DNA of 64,000 nucleotides from Candidatus Poribacteria bacterium (GTDB lineage: Bacteria; Poribacteria; WGA-4E; PCPOR2b): the NCBI GenBank assembly GCA_965218095.1, contig OZ244587.1, positions 3,552,001 through 3,616,000 on the forward strand, written 5' to 3'. The notes beneath the pieces are model-generated. The model ran no database searches. It was given only the letters and a program-made list of their open reading frames with translations, and was not told where the DNA came from. Each line of letters starts with the position of its first letter. The first letter of the stretch is position 1. The translations under genes and the position numbers were made by a program. Positions 31,366-41,994 of the stretch are shown here, piece by piece.

Positions 31366-31857
31366 ATGATCAGGCACAGTGATCGAATTCTTCTCGTTGA
31401 TGATGATATTTTCTCTTTAGAGGTCCTGCGTGAGGTTTTGATCCGTGCCGGCTACGAGGCTGTGTCCGCAGAAAGCGGGTATGAAGCCTTAGAAATTGTT
31501 CGGGCGGAATCGATCAATCTCGCCATTTTGGATTTTAATCTTCCGGATACAACGGGGTCAGAATTGCTTCAACAAATTAAGCAATTTCAGCCAAGCATGC
31601 CTGTCATCATCATGAGTGCAAACACCTCGCAAAGTGTAAAGTTTGACGTTTTTGAAGCAGGCGCTTATACCTTCATACCAAAACCGATGGATTTACCACA
31701 ACTGCTGCGATTCGTTGCGCGAGCGTTAAATCTCAAGCGGCAGTGGACACCAGGTCGCGGCGGCAGACGGGAGGTGGTGTCGGCTGCGAACACTCACACC
31801 ATTCAGATTAAGAAATCAATCTTTTTTCGATGGATTCGGATTATTAAACATAAATAG
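31366..31857 (+). CDS. Single-domain response regulator (REC) with basic C-terminal tail
   Basis: ILLVDDD, LAILDFNLPD, VIIMSA, GAYTFIPKP. Confidence 0.88.
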   Translation: MIRHSDRILLVDDDIFSLEVLREVLIRAGYEAVSAESGYEALEIVRAESINLAILDFNLPDTTGSELLQQIKQFQPSMPVIIMSANTSQSVKFDVFEAGAYTFIPKPMDLPQLLRFVARALNLKRQWTPGRGGRREVVSAANTHTIQIKKSIFFRWIRIIKHK

Positions 31858-31911
31858 ATGGTAAAGCTGCTCGGTTGAGACGCTTTAGAATGCAAAAGGA
31901 GGGATTTCAAA

Positions 31912-33855
31912 ATGAGTAAAGTCATAGGAATTGATTTGGGCACCACAAATTCGTGCGTCGCTATCCTGGAAGGTGGCGATCCAAAAGTCCTGGAAAATGC
32001 TGAAGGCGCCAGGACAACCCCATCTGTTGTTGCCTTTACCAAAGAGGATGAGCGGTTAGTTGGACAAGTTGCGAAAAGACAAGCCGTTACCAACCCAAAG
32101 AACACCATCTTTTCTATCAAACGGTTTATGGGACGGAAGTACAGTGAAGTTAGTGAAGAAATTAAGCGCATTCCTTACGAAGTTGTGAATGATAAAGATG
32201 GAGATGCAGCGGTAAAAATTGGAGATACACAATATGCGCCGCCCGAGATCTCCGCGATGGTTCTCCAGAAGATGAAAGAGACTGCCGAGTCCTACCTTGG
32301 CGAGGAGGTGACGCAAGCCGTCGTCACTGCCCCCGCCTATTTTAATGATTCGCAACGTCAAGCAACGAAGGATGCCAGCAGAATCGCTGGGCTGGATGTA
32401 CTCCGCATCATCAATGAGCCAACGGCAGCATCATTGGCTTACGGGCTCGATAACCAGCAAGATAAGAAAATCGCTGTTTACGATTTGGGCGGAGGAACGT
32501 TTGATATCTCCATCCTGGAGATTGGTGACGGTGTCTTTGAGGTCAAGAGCACTAACGGCGATACCCACCTTGGTGGTGATGACTTCGATCAAAAAATCAT
32601 CGATTGGCTTGCCGAGGAGTTTATGCGCGATCAGGGAATTGATCTGCGTAAGGACAACATGGCGTTGCAAAGACTGAAAGAAGAGGCGGAGAAAGCGAAA
32701 TGCGAACTTTCAACCGCAATGCAAACGGATGTCAATCTGCCTTTCATCACTGCAGATGTGAGTGGCCCGAAGCACCTCAACGTCACCCTGACTCGTGCTA
32801 AACTTGAGCAACTCACCGATGCGCTCATTGAGCGGACACTTGAACCGTGTCGGAAAGCCCTTGCTGATGCGGAATTAGCCGCTAACGCCATTGACGAAGT
32901 GATATTGGTCGGCGGGCAAACGCGGATGCCGAAAGTCCAGGAGGCGGTCAGTCGTCTGTTTGGTAGGGAACCACATAAGGGCGTCAACCCGGATGAGGTG
33001 GTTGCAGTTGGTGCTGCGATCCAAGCGGGTGTACTCTCCGGCGACGAAGGTGTAAAGGACATCCTGCTGCTTGACGTGACGCCGCTCTCGCTCGGAATCG
33101 AGACGCTAGGCGGTATGTTCACCCGACTCATCGATCGGAATACAACGATTCCAACCAAGAAATCACAAATCTTTACAACGTCGGCAGACAATCAGACTTC
33201 TGTTGATGTGCATGTGTTGCAGGGCGAGCGGGAGCAGGCTGTCTACAACAAAACGATTGGTCGTTTCCAACTCGATGGTATTCCGTCAGCACCGCGCAGT
33301 ATGCCGCAGATTGAGGTGGCATTTGACATTGACGCCAACGGAATCCTCAGCGTTTCCGCGAAGGATCAGGCAACGGGTAAGGAGCAGCACATCACCATTA
33401 CTGCTTCATCGGGGCTGTCAGAAGCCGAAATTGACCAGATGGTCAAAGACGCCGAAGCCCATGCCGCTGAAGATCAGCAAAAGCGTGAAGAGGTGGAGGT
33501 GCATAATCGGGCAGATTCATTGATCTATGAGACAGAAAAGAATCTCAAGGAGTTTGGCGACAAGGTCGATCCTGCGACCAAGAGCAATGTTGAGAACGCT
33601 GTCGAAGATCTGAAAAAAGCCCTCGAAAGCCAGAATACTGAAGAGATCAAAGCGAAGACCGACAATCTGATGCAGATCTGGCATCAGGCTTCGGCCGATC
33701 TCTACAAGCAAACAACCGAATCTGGAGAGGACGCATCTACGGAACCGCCACCTTATCGGAGCGCGCCGACAGATGAATCAGAGCCGACGGCTTCATCGCC
33801 CGAAGGCGAAGTCATCGACGCTGATTATGAAGTTGTTGATGACGATAAGAAGTAA
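31912..33855 (+). CDS. dnaK: Chaperone DnaK (Hsp70)
   Basis: [56 protein letters not shown]. Confidence 0.99.
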   Translation: MSKVIGIDLGTTNSCVAILEGGDPKVLENAEGARTTPSVVAFTKEDERLVGQVAKRQAVTNPKNTIFSIKRFMGRKYSEVSEEIKRIPYEVVNDKDGDAAVKIGDTQYAPPEISAMVLQKMKETAESYLGEEVTQAVVTAPAYFNDSQRQATKDASRIAGLDVLRIINEPTAASLAYGLDNQQDKKIAVYDLGGGTFDISILEIGDGVFEVKSTNGDTHLGGDDFDQKIIDWLAEEFMRDQGIDLRKDNMALQRLKEEAEKAKCELSTAMQTDVNLPFITADVSGPKHLNVTLTRAKLEQLTDALIERTLEPCRKALADAELAANAIDEVILVGGQTRMPKVQEAVSRLFGREPHKGVNPDEVVAVGAAIQAGVLSGDEGVKDILLLDVTPLSLGIETLGGMFTRLIDRNTTIPTKKSQIFTTSADNQTSVDVHVLQGEREQAVYNKTIGRFQLDGIPSAPRSMPQIEVAFDIDANGILSVSAKDQATGKEQHITITASSGLSEAEIDQMVKDAEAHAAEDQQKREEVEVHNRADSLIYETEKNLKEFGDKVDPATKSNVENAVEDLKKALESQNTEEIKAKTDNLMQIWHQASADLYKQTTESGEDASTEPPPYRSAPTDESEPTASSPEGEVIDADYEVVDDDKK

Positions 33856-33879
33856 CACCCAAATTGAATTGAAAATCTC

Positions 33880-33907
33880 AACCCCGATCTTTGATCGGGG
33901 TTTTTTA
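33880..33907 (+). terminator. Rho-independent terminator after dnaK
   Basis: AACCCCGATC-TTT-GATCGGGG-TTTTTT. Confidence 0.85.
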
Positions 33908-34035
33908 TTGCCTGATTCCCAATTGACTTGTCAATCGAGTCGTGCTATACTACCAATATCTTCAGGTGCATCGAAATCCAGATTGACTTGTTGACAATCA
34001 CCTCATAGCAAAGATTTTTTTGAGGTCATGTGAGT

Positions 34036-34590
34036 ATGGGGCAAATCAAATCTCACCCACCTGTTAAACTCATCGTTGGTATTATTACGGCAATGCCGGA
34101 TCTACTGCTAGCCGTGCATCAACGGTTAGCAGAACGGTTTGGACGAATCGATTTTATCAGCGAGTTATTGCCCTTTGACTACACAACTTACTATGAAGCG
34201 GAGATGGGGAAAGCGCTGAAACGCCAGTTCGTGAGTCTTAAGACACTAATTTCCCCCGATGAGCTTACTTCCGCCAAGCACTTTTCCAATGTGGTCGAGG
34301 GTGAATTTGTGACCGGTGATGCAGTGACCCGCCCAATCAATCTTGATCCGGGCTACATTTCGGCTGCGAAGCTAGTTCTCGCCTCTACGAAAGACCACGC
34401 GCACCGCATCTATCTACAAAGCGATATTTACGCAGAGGTTACGTTGAAATTTCATCGTAACAGCTTCCAGCCCTGGGAATGGACCTACCCCGATTACCGC
34501 ACGCCAGCCTACATTGAGCTCTTCAATCACATCCGTCGTATCTACATGGAGCAATTGAAGACAAGAGGGTTAAGCCCACACCCATTCTAG
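34036..34590 (+). CDS. DUF4416 family protein
   Basis: FDYTTYYEAEMG, RPINLDPGY, LVLASTKDHAHRIYL, WTYPDY. Confidence 0.85.
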   Translation: MGQIKSHPPVKLIVGIITAMPDLLLAVHQRLAERFGRIDFISELLPFDYTTYYEAEMGKALKRQFVSLKTLISPDELTSAKHFSNVVEGEFVTGDAVTRPINLDPGYISAAKLVLASTKDHAHRIYLQSDIYAEVTLKFHRNSFQPWEWTYPDYRTPAYIELFNHIRRIYMEQLKTRGLSPHPF

Positions 34591-34734
34591 TCCATCCACC
34601 GAAATTGAACGGTCATAGTTTGACTCTTTGCTAATCGGATTACCTGCGATGTAAGGATTCTGAAGGATCAAGTTCATCATGGCTTCTTTGGGGAAGTCAT
34701 GTCCTCTTGCACATCGCGCTTTACGTTACACGTT

Positions 34735-36099
34735 TTAGATTAACCCATCTGCCTTCATCCATTCAATCGTCTGATCAAACGCAGCAATCGTCTGCTGTAC
34801 GTCTGCCTCGGTATGGGCTGTCATTGTCATGCCACCATTTCCGGCGATATCGATCCCGTTAAGTAGCAACCCACACCGTAGATTCTTGGTTAGCTCTGGG
34901 TTACCACCGCCTTTCAACTGGCGATAGTCCCAATCGTAAGGATTGAAATCAGCAGCGCGCAGCCCGTGGACGTCATGCCCGATAAGGAACTTCACTCCAG
35001 AGAACTCGCCGTAGACTGCCCAATCGAGACCGTGCTGATCAAATACCTCGATCAGTCCATTCCGCAGTATCGTTGCGGTGTGATTGACCTGCTCGTGGGG
35101 AACGCCGGTTTTGACGATTTTAAGCATTGAAATTCCAGCGGCGGCACATAGCGGATTGGCGTTGAATGTTCCTGGATGGGGCATCTTTTTTCTGCGTTGG
35201 GGATAACTCATTTCCTCTTTGATAGAGATGAGATCCAAGATCTCCTTTTTCCCGGCAACTGCGCCGCCGGGCAGACCACCTGCCAAAATTTTGGCAAGTG
35301 TCGTCAGATCTGGCGTGACCTGATAATACCCCTGTGCTCCGCTAGGCGCAACTCGAAAACCGGAGATTACCTCGTCAAAGATCAGTACGACACTGTAGGC
35401 TTGCGTAACCTCTCGCAACTGTCGGAGGAATTCACCGTTTGTCGGAATGATACCGAAGGAACTGCCTGTTGGCTCCAAGATAACGCATGCAATGTCCGAA
35501 TCTGATTTCAGACACTTTTCAACCGCGTCAATGTCGTTTGGTGGACAGATTACCGTCGTGTCAATGACGCTCTCTGGAATCCCCGGCACAGGCGCCTCAA
35601 GAGGTGGGTTCACACCCAAGATCACGGAATCGTGCCAGCCGTGAAAATGTCCCGCAAATTTCAGGAGCTTGTTTTTTCCCGCATAGGTCCGCGCCAGCCG
35701 AATCGCCATCAAGGTTGCTTCCGTTCCTGAACTGACAAATCGCACACGTTCCGCTGAGGGAATCAGCTCTTTCACCAGGCCTCCCCACTCCAGTTCAAGC
35801 GGATGGCAGGCGCCGTAGTGCGTACCATACGGCATCTGCTGCGTGACAGCTTCAACGATTTCAGGGGGGCTGTGCCCGAGCAGAAGTGCGCCGTGCCCCG
35901 ACCAGTAATCGATAAATTCTTTGCCATCAACTCCCCACTTTTTCGACCCTTGTGCGCGATCAATGTAAATTGGAAACGGTTCTGCATGCCGGTTATCATG
36001 TGTCACACCATCGGGAAAAATATAGTTCGCCCGCTGTGCAAGTTCTCCATCTGTTGAAAAAGTCTTTTGATACCGTTCCAGAATTGTGTGATTTGACAT
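34735..36099 (-). CDS. Class III aminotransferase (glutamate-1-semialdehyde aminomutase-like)
   Basis: RFVSSGTEAT, HFHGWHD, LIFDEVISGFR, LAKILAGGLPGGA, HPGTFNANP. Confidence 0.9.
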   Translation of the reverse strand: MSNHTILERYQKTFSTDGELAQRANYIFPDGVTHDNRHAEPFPIYIDRAQGSKKWGVDGKEFIDYWSGHGALLLGHSPPEIVEAVTQQMPYGTHYGACHPLELEWGGLVKELIPSAERVRFVSSGTEATLMAIRLARTYAGKNKLLKFAGHFHGWHDSVILGVNPPLEAPVPGIPESVIDTTVICPPNDIDAVEKCLKSDSDIACVILEPTGSSFGIIPTNGEFLRQLREVTQAYSVVLIFDEVISGFRVAPSGAQGYYQVTPDLTTLAKILAGGLPGGAVAGKKEILDLISIKEEMSYPQRRKKMPHPGTFNANPLCAAAGISMLKIVKTGVPHEQVNHTATILRNGLIEVFDQHGLDWAVYGEFSGVKFLIGHDVHGLRAADFNPYDWDYRQLKGGGNPELTKNLRCGLLLNGIDIAGNGGMTMTAHTEADVQQTIAAFDQTIEWMKADGLI

Positions 36100-36268
36100 C
36101 GGTTTTCTCCTTTATGTGTAAGACCAGGTGAAACGAACACTTGCCTCCCTATATTTCTTCTCGCCACCTTCGTTTTCTCAGTGACTCAATATCAGAACGA
36201 CAACCTCGAACCTCCTGCTCTATTGTTTCAATCAACCCGGTGTTCTTCTCGATTAACCCACGGAATTC

Positions 36269-36799
36269 TCAAGTATCCGTACTGAACAGGTCTTCTAAAA
36301 TGTGGAAATCGTGATTGAATGCCAATTCAGGCAGCGCGTCGGGGGAAAAGAAACGCGCATCTAACGCTTCTGCACGACCTGCTGGCACTCCCCCAATAAT
36401 TGTACCAACGTAAACGATGAGAACGACTGTACGGCTTGCGTTAGAGTAAACTCCTAGCAACCGATCCAGTTGCACATCAACATCTGCCTCCTCTTTCGCT
36501 TCTCGGATGGCTGTTTCCTCCGGTGTGTCGCCAATATCAATGTAGCCCGTCGGGAAACTCCAGAGTCCATACTGAGGCTCATTGCCCCGCTGTATCAGCA
36601 ACAGCTTTCCATCTTTCAGTGCAAGGACGCCGGCAACGGGCTTAGGGTCACGATAAAAGATAAAGTCACACGCTGTGCACCCTTGACGCTTCTTTCCTTC
36701 GATGATTCGATCCTCAAGTGGGCTTGCGCATTTTGGACAGAATTTCATGCCTGATTTGGAGTGAGTTGTATCAAGGGAGATGGGCGTAGAGGTATTCAT
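36269..36799 (-). CDS. NUDIX hydrolase with N-terminal zinc ribbon
   Basis: FCPKCA...CTAC, GYIDIGDTPEETAIREAKEE; the true start may be the MKFCPKC Met. Confidence 0.88.
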   Translation of the reverse strand: MNTSTPISLDTTHSKSGMKFCPKCASPLEDRIIEGKKRQGCTACDFIFYRDPKPVAGVLALKDGKLLLIQRGNEPQYGLWSFPTGYIDIGDTPEETAIREAKEEADVDVQLDRLLGVYSNASRTVVLIVYVGTIIGGVPAGRAEALDARFFSPDALPELAFNHDFHILEDLFSTDT

Positions 36800-36943
36800 G
36801 GTTCTACTCGATTTGGATTATTCTATTGAGTGAACAAAGGGAGGAAAGATTTTGATGTAAAATCTGGCAATGGGCTAATAATACAACAAATGGAAAAAGA
36901 TGTCGATCATTGATTGTAAGGAATTCAACGTTCTGATTTTCTG

Positions 36944-38972
36944 CTAAATCGGGAAACCTGCCAATTCGTCCTCCTGAATCAAGGTGAGGATGATATTGTA
37001 ATTGTCATCAGCGGTCAACTCCACACCCGACGGCACGAAGGTCGTCGAGTCTATCTCTTCGATTACTGCCGGACCGGAAAACCGCGAACCTACCGGCAAT
37101 CCACCCCGTCGATAAACAGACATTTGCACGGCGTGGGTCGCTGCGTTGGACATCTTCGGTCGTTACCGCTAAGTTAATCTTCGGGTGATGCACAGCTTCG
37201 GAAATGGAGACCTTCAGGTGCACCAGTTCGATTGTCTCATCCTCAAAATGATACCCGTAAAATTGATGATGTCGCTCGTGAAAATGATCGCTCGCTCCCT
37301 TCAAGCCTTCCTCCGGACGGTACTTGATATCCTGTTCATAGTTTTGCTGGTAATACCGCATGCTGATGAACAACGTTTCCCGTGGTTCGCCCCGCATGCC
37401 CTCCCGCTCAAGTTCCTCCCGCGCCTCTTGCTGCATGGGGGCAAATCGCTCTTGAAGGTCACTGTCGGTAACATCTGTGTCTCGTGCAGCAAAGGTGTGA
37501 ACTTTTTCGACGCGCAGCTCGGAGATGGTGGCGCCAAAGGCGGAGCAGAGCCCCGGATGCGGAGGCGCCACGACCGTCTGGATGCCCAGCTTTTTGGCAA
37601 TGGCGACAGCGTGAAGCGGTCCTGCGCCGCCAAAAGCCATGAGTACAAAGTCGCGGGGATCGATTCCCCGTTCGATGGTCAGTAAGCGGATGGCGTTGGT
37701 CATGTTTTCATCGGCGATTTCGACGATAGCCACGGCTGCCTTCTGTCGGGAGACGCCCATGCGGTTTGCTAGTTTCTCGATCGCTTCCTCGGCCAGCCTG
37801 GGGTAGAGCGGCAACTCTCCACCGAGGAAGAACGCGGGGTTGAGACGACCCAGCACCAGGTTCGCATCGGTCACTGTTGGTTGTGCCCCGCCGGCACCGT
37901 AGCAGGCTGGCCCCGGCACCGCCCCGGCGCTCTGGGGCCCGACGTTCAGCATGCCCCCTTTGTCGATCCAGGCGATGGAGCCGCCGCCCGCCCCCAACGT
38001 GCGGACCTCAATGATGGGAATCGCAACAGGAAGCCCCCACTCGATCTCGAAGGCTGTGGTAAACTGTTGTTCTCCATCGAGCACCAGACCGACATCGCAG
38101 CTTGTGCCTCCCATATCAAGGGTAATTGCATTTTGGAATCCCGCAGTTTCCGCAAAGTATTTCCCGCCAACAATGCCGCCAGCCAAGCCCGATAGCAGGA
38201 TGTCGATGGGTCACTCAGGCGCATTGCCGAGCAGGGTGGTCCCGCCATCCGATTTGAGAAATGAACAGGGACCACTGACTCCATTGGTTTCCAAGGCGGC
38301 AGCAATGTCGTGGCAGTAATTCTGGATGAGTGGCTTGACGAAGGCATCAGCTAGGAGCGTGCTGGAGCGTTCATACTCGCGCCAAATCGGCGCAACGCGA
38401 TGCGACAGGGAGACGGGGATATCCGGAAATGTTGCTTCAAGGAATCTACCAACCTCCAGTTCGTGGGTGGGATTGATATACGAAAAGAGCAGACACACAG
38501 CGATGGATTCAACTGCCTGATTTTGCAACCGCGTCTCAATCTCGGCTTTCAGGTCTGCAAAGGCGGCAGCGGTCAGCGGCGCCATGACTGCTCCCTGGGC
38601 GTTTATCCGTTCCGTCACACCAAGGCAATTGCGCCGCTTCACCAGCGGCTGCGGTTTGAGCTAGTGGAGGTCATACTCCTTATTCCGATTGATGCGTTGA
38701 ATGAACGGGACATCCTCGAACCCAGCAGTGGTGACAAACACGACATTTGCTCCCGCCCGCTGGAGAATGGCGTTGGTGGCAACCGTTGTCCCATGCACGA
38801 TACGTTCAACCTCCGTAAACGGTATTTCTGACTTCTCTAAGACGCCCAGGAAGGCACGCATGGGTGCGTCGGGCGTGGAGGGATGTTTAGCGACCCGCAC
38901 GGTGCCATCCGCTGAGATGGCGACCAGGTCCGTAAAAGTGCCGCCGGTATCGATACCAATCGCACTGGGCAT
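36944..38972 (-). pseudogene. Hydantoinase/oxoprolinase A subunit, disrupted
   Basis: IDTGGTFTD, HGTTVATNA, REYERSST, DMGGTSCD, GAGGGSIA, GPQSAGAVPGPACY, AFGGAGPLH; TAG at 38661-38663 and frameshifts near 38210 and 37150. Confidence 0.88.
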
Positions 38973-39111
38973 GTGTCGTATTCCTCCTGCGCTGAATGGT
39001 TCAGTTCTTAGATTTGTGTCGGGGGTTGTCGGATCGGACTTTCGTATGTCAGGTCAGCCCGAGAAACAAGGGCACGGTAGTCCATACGAAGCATAGGCAA
39101 CCTCCTTCGCA

Positions 39112-39879
39112 TCAACGCGCCATCCAACCGCCATCAACGGTCAAAATATGCCCATGGATATACGAAGCCGCTTCAGAGGCAAGAAAGATTGCTGCGCCCG
39201 CCAAATCATCAGGGACGCCAAATCGACCGGCTGGGATGCGATCCATCAGTTGTGGGGCTCGCACTGGATCGGCGAGTAGTGCGCTTGACATGTCGGTCTC
39301 AATATACCCCGGCGTGATTGCGTTCACGTTGACACCTTTTGACGCCCATTCGTTGGCAAGTGCCTTCGTCAATTGTGCCACCCCACCTTTACTCGCTGCA
39401 TATGCAGTCGCGCGAATACCCCCCGAAAAACTCAACAACGATGCAATATTTATGATCTTGCCCCCGCCGCGTTCAACCATGCCTCGGCCAACCTGTTGAC
39501 AGAGCAACCACACCGCTTTCAAGTTGACCGTCATCACATCATCCCATCGCTCTTCTGGAAAATCGACTGCATCGTCCCGGTGAGTTGTTCCAGCGTTGTT
39601 GACGAGAATATCGATTCGTCCATAAGACTCGACGACTTCTGCAACCAGATCTGGAATGCCATCCGTCTGGTTGAGGTCATACGGAAAAATCTCAGCTTGC
39701 TTCCCCATTGACCGAATCTCCTGCCAGACCTCGATGAGATTCGATTCAGATCTCGCAACGAGTGCGAGATTCGCTCCGGCACCGGCAAGCCCAACTGCGA
39801 TACCTTTGCCGATCCCGCGACTGGCGCCACTGACGAGCACAACTTTTCCATCTAATGAAAAGAGATTTGAAGCTATCAT
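39112..39879 (-). CDS. SDR oxidoreductase, KduD-like (2-deoxy-D-gluconate 3-dehydrogenase type)
   Basis: SGASRGIG, LVNNAG, ASLLSFSGG, YAASKGG, NEWASKGVNVNAI; GGAGG RBS before MIASN. Confidence 0.88.
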   Translation of the reverse strand: MIASNLFSLDGKVVLVSGASRGIGKGIAVGLAGAGANLALVARSESNLIEVWQEIRSMGKQAEIFPYDLNQTDGIPDLVAEVVESYGRIDILVNNAGTTHRDDAVDFPEERWDDVMTVNLKAVWLLCQQVGRGMVERGGGKIINIASLLSFSGGIRATAYAASKGGVAQLTKALANEWASKGVNVNAITPGYIETDMSSALLADPVRAPQLMDRIPAGRFGVPDDLAGAAIFLASEAASYIHGHILTVDGGWMAR

Positions 39880-39958
39880 ACCATTCCTCCATCTTGCTTG
39901 ACTCACTAGATTGTAGGCGAAAATACGGTATTCGTCAAGCATATTCTGCTATAATTGC

Positions 39959-39988
39959 TTGACATATTAAAGTGGAGATAAGTATAAT
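39959..39988 (+). promoter_or_regulatory. Consensus sigma70 promoter
   Basis: TTGACA-N18-TATAAT upstream of the DUF4159 gene. Confidence 0.6.
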
Positions 39989-40252
39989 TCTGTTGCCGTC
40001 AGAAATCAAGTGTTCATTGAGCATCGGCTCAAAATCTTGGCAGAAGATTAGTATAGCAGAAGATTGGTATAATAGACATCGGAATTCCTTTCTGGTTTTC
40101 AACTGAGTGACGCACAGTATTATAGCAGAAGGAGTGCCTGCTCCGTTATATCGAACTGACGTTATAATAGGGTATTTCCGCATCAAGGGAAAGTTTTGTT
40201 GTATAATAAGAGGTAAGAAGCTGTCCAATTACATCTAGTCAGGAGATCCAAC

Positions 40253-41830
40253 ATGCCAACCCAACGAACCAAAGGTGCCCTAATCACTTCTTTGGTAATT
40301 CACGGTGGGCTTGCGATTATAATTGCAGTGCTGCTCGTCACCCAAACGCATCAGTTCAAGGATTTGCTAGGTGTGGAAGTCTATCAATCAAAAGTTCCGC
40401 CAAAACCACAAGTTCGCAAACCCGTGTTCAAACCTATCCCAAAACCAAGCGTCCTAACCGAAAATACTGTTGCCGTTGAGCCAGTCCAAGTCCAACAGCG
40501 AGTGACAACCCAAGTTGTCACTCGTATGACTTCCGTCCAACCACAGATGGTATCTGAGTTTGCCAATCAAAAGGTCAAACTCAATACACCTGTCAACCCA
40601 AACGTTCCTCAAGTCATTGACCCAAATACCCCAGTACCGCAAGTGGTGACACACGTTAAAGTCCCTGTTTCTGATGCGCCTGATGCACTGGCAAGTTCCT
40701 CTCCTACGGGGGTTAGTGGAACCGGCGCAGGCGCAGGTGCATCAGGTACAGGCGCCGGTCAGGGTATTGTAGGTATGGATCGAGGCATTGCTAGTGGTAC
40801 AGTTCAGGTCAGGGTCTCGGACCCGTTAACACGTCCACCAGGACTCACCATGGTCGGGGAAGTTGGTGCCGCGCGGGATGCTTTGGCGGAAGTCGTTGCA
40901 GGCGTCATGCTCGGCAATCTTGACGTGTCACCGCTGCCTCGCGGTCAACCTGGCGGACGTATCGTGGGTAGAGGTCGCGAGATTCATGGTGTCTTCCGCT
41001 TTACCCGTCTTCGTCATCACCTCTCCGATTGGTGGGCAGACGCCTCGGCACTCAATGCACTGACAAAGTGGCTCAATGAAAAGACGAGAATCCAAACGGA
41101 TATGAATGTTGAAGGTGGCGCGCTTCAGTTGACTGACGCTGATGTTATGAAATCGCCATTGCTTTTCATGACAGGACATGACCCCGCACTTGCTAGGTCA
41201 TTAGTTGTCAAGAGATTGGATACTGGATTAATGGTTCGTAGCGTTAAAGATAACCAATTCTCTGAATCCGAAGCTGCAGCGTTGCGACGGTACTTGGTCG
41301 AAAAAAACGGGCTACTGGTTTTTGACGACTGTGGTCTTAACGCAGCTGATAGGGGAATGACCGGTCTGTTTTTGACTCAGATGCGGTCTATCATGCCAGA
41401 ATATCCAATCAGGCGTCTCGCCAACACCCACGAAATCTACCATAACTTTTATCCACTCGGTGGCCCGCCGATTGGGTATAATATTTTCCACGAGGTAGTG
41501 ACAGAGAATCGCACACATGCGTCATGGTATGCAAATCCTCCAAAAGTACCGAGGCGGAATTATCTAGAAGGGATTGCTGTTGGAAACCACCTCTCAGTGT
41601 TAGTCATCCGTCGGGACTACATGTGTGCGATGGAAACCGTGAGTTTGCCAAGCCGCCCGACCAAATACTCCCCAGGGGTTTTTCGCTTCCTGACAAATGT
41701 AGTCATTTATGCCCTGACACATGGCCAAATTGCGGATTATTCTGGCTATGTGCCGGAAGATAGGTTGGAAAAGCAGGTGGTGCCAATCCGTGCCCCAGCA
41801 GCTGCCGCCATCGGCGCGGTTGATGAGTAG
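40253..41830 (+). CDS. DUF4159-domain protein with N-terminal TM anchor and Pro/Val-rich linker
   Basis: SLVIHG anchor, PKP repeats; WWADASAL, SPLLFMTGH, LRRYLVEKNGLLVFDDC, HEIYHNFY, NVVIYALTH. Confidence 0.75.
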   Translation: MPTQRTKGALITSLVIHGGLAIIIAVLLVTQTHQFKDLLGVEVYQSKVPPKPQVRKPVFKPIPKPSVLTENTVAVEPVQVQQRVTTQVVTRMTSVQPQMVSEFANQKVKLNTPVNPNVPQVIDPNTPVPQVVTHVKVPVSDAPDALASSSPTGVSGTGAGAGASGTGAGQGIVGMDRGIASGTVQVRVSDPLTRPPGLTMVGEVGAARDALAEVVAGVMLGNLDVSPLPRGQPGGRIVGRGREIHGVFRFTRLRHHLSDWWADASALNALTKWLNEKTRIQTDMNVEGGALQLTDADVMKSPLLFMTGHDPALARSLVVKRLDTGLMVRSVKDNQFSESEAAALRRYLVEKNGLLVFDDCGLNAADRGMTGLFLTQMRSIMPEYPIRRLANTHEIYHNFYPLGGPPIGYNIFHEVVTENRTHASWYANPPKVPRRNYLEGIAVGNHLSVLVIRRDYMCAMETVSLPSRPTKYSPGVFRFLTNVVIYALTHGQIADYSGYVPEDRLEKQVVPIRAPAAAAIGAVDE

Positions 41831-41994
41831 AATCGCTCCATTTTGTTCACTGGCGTTACGTTGTGAATCAGCTATTTTATGAATGCAGTGTTTTTTGTTT
41901 GGTAACTCCGCCAAGTCCTACCTCAAGCTACCAATTTTCCATCATTGTTTGCATGTAAACAGCACTTCACAGAAGTTTATAAGGAAATCATACT

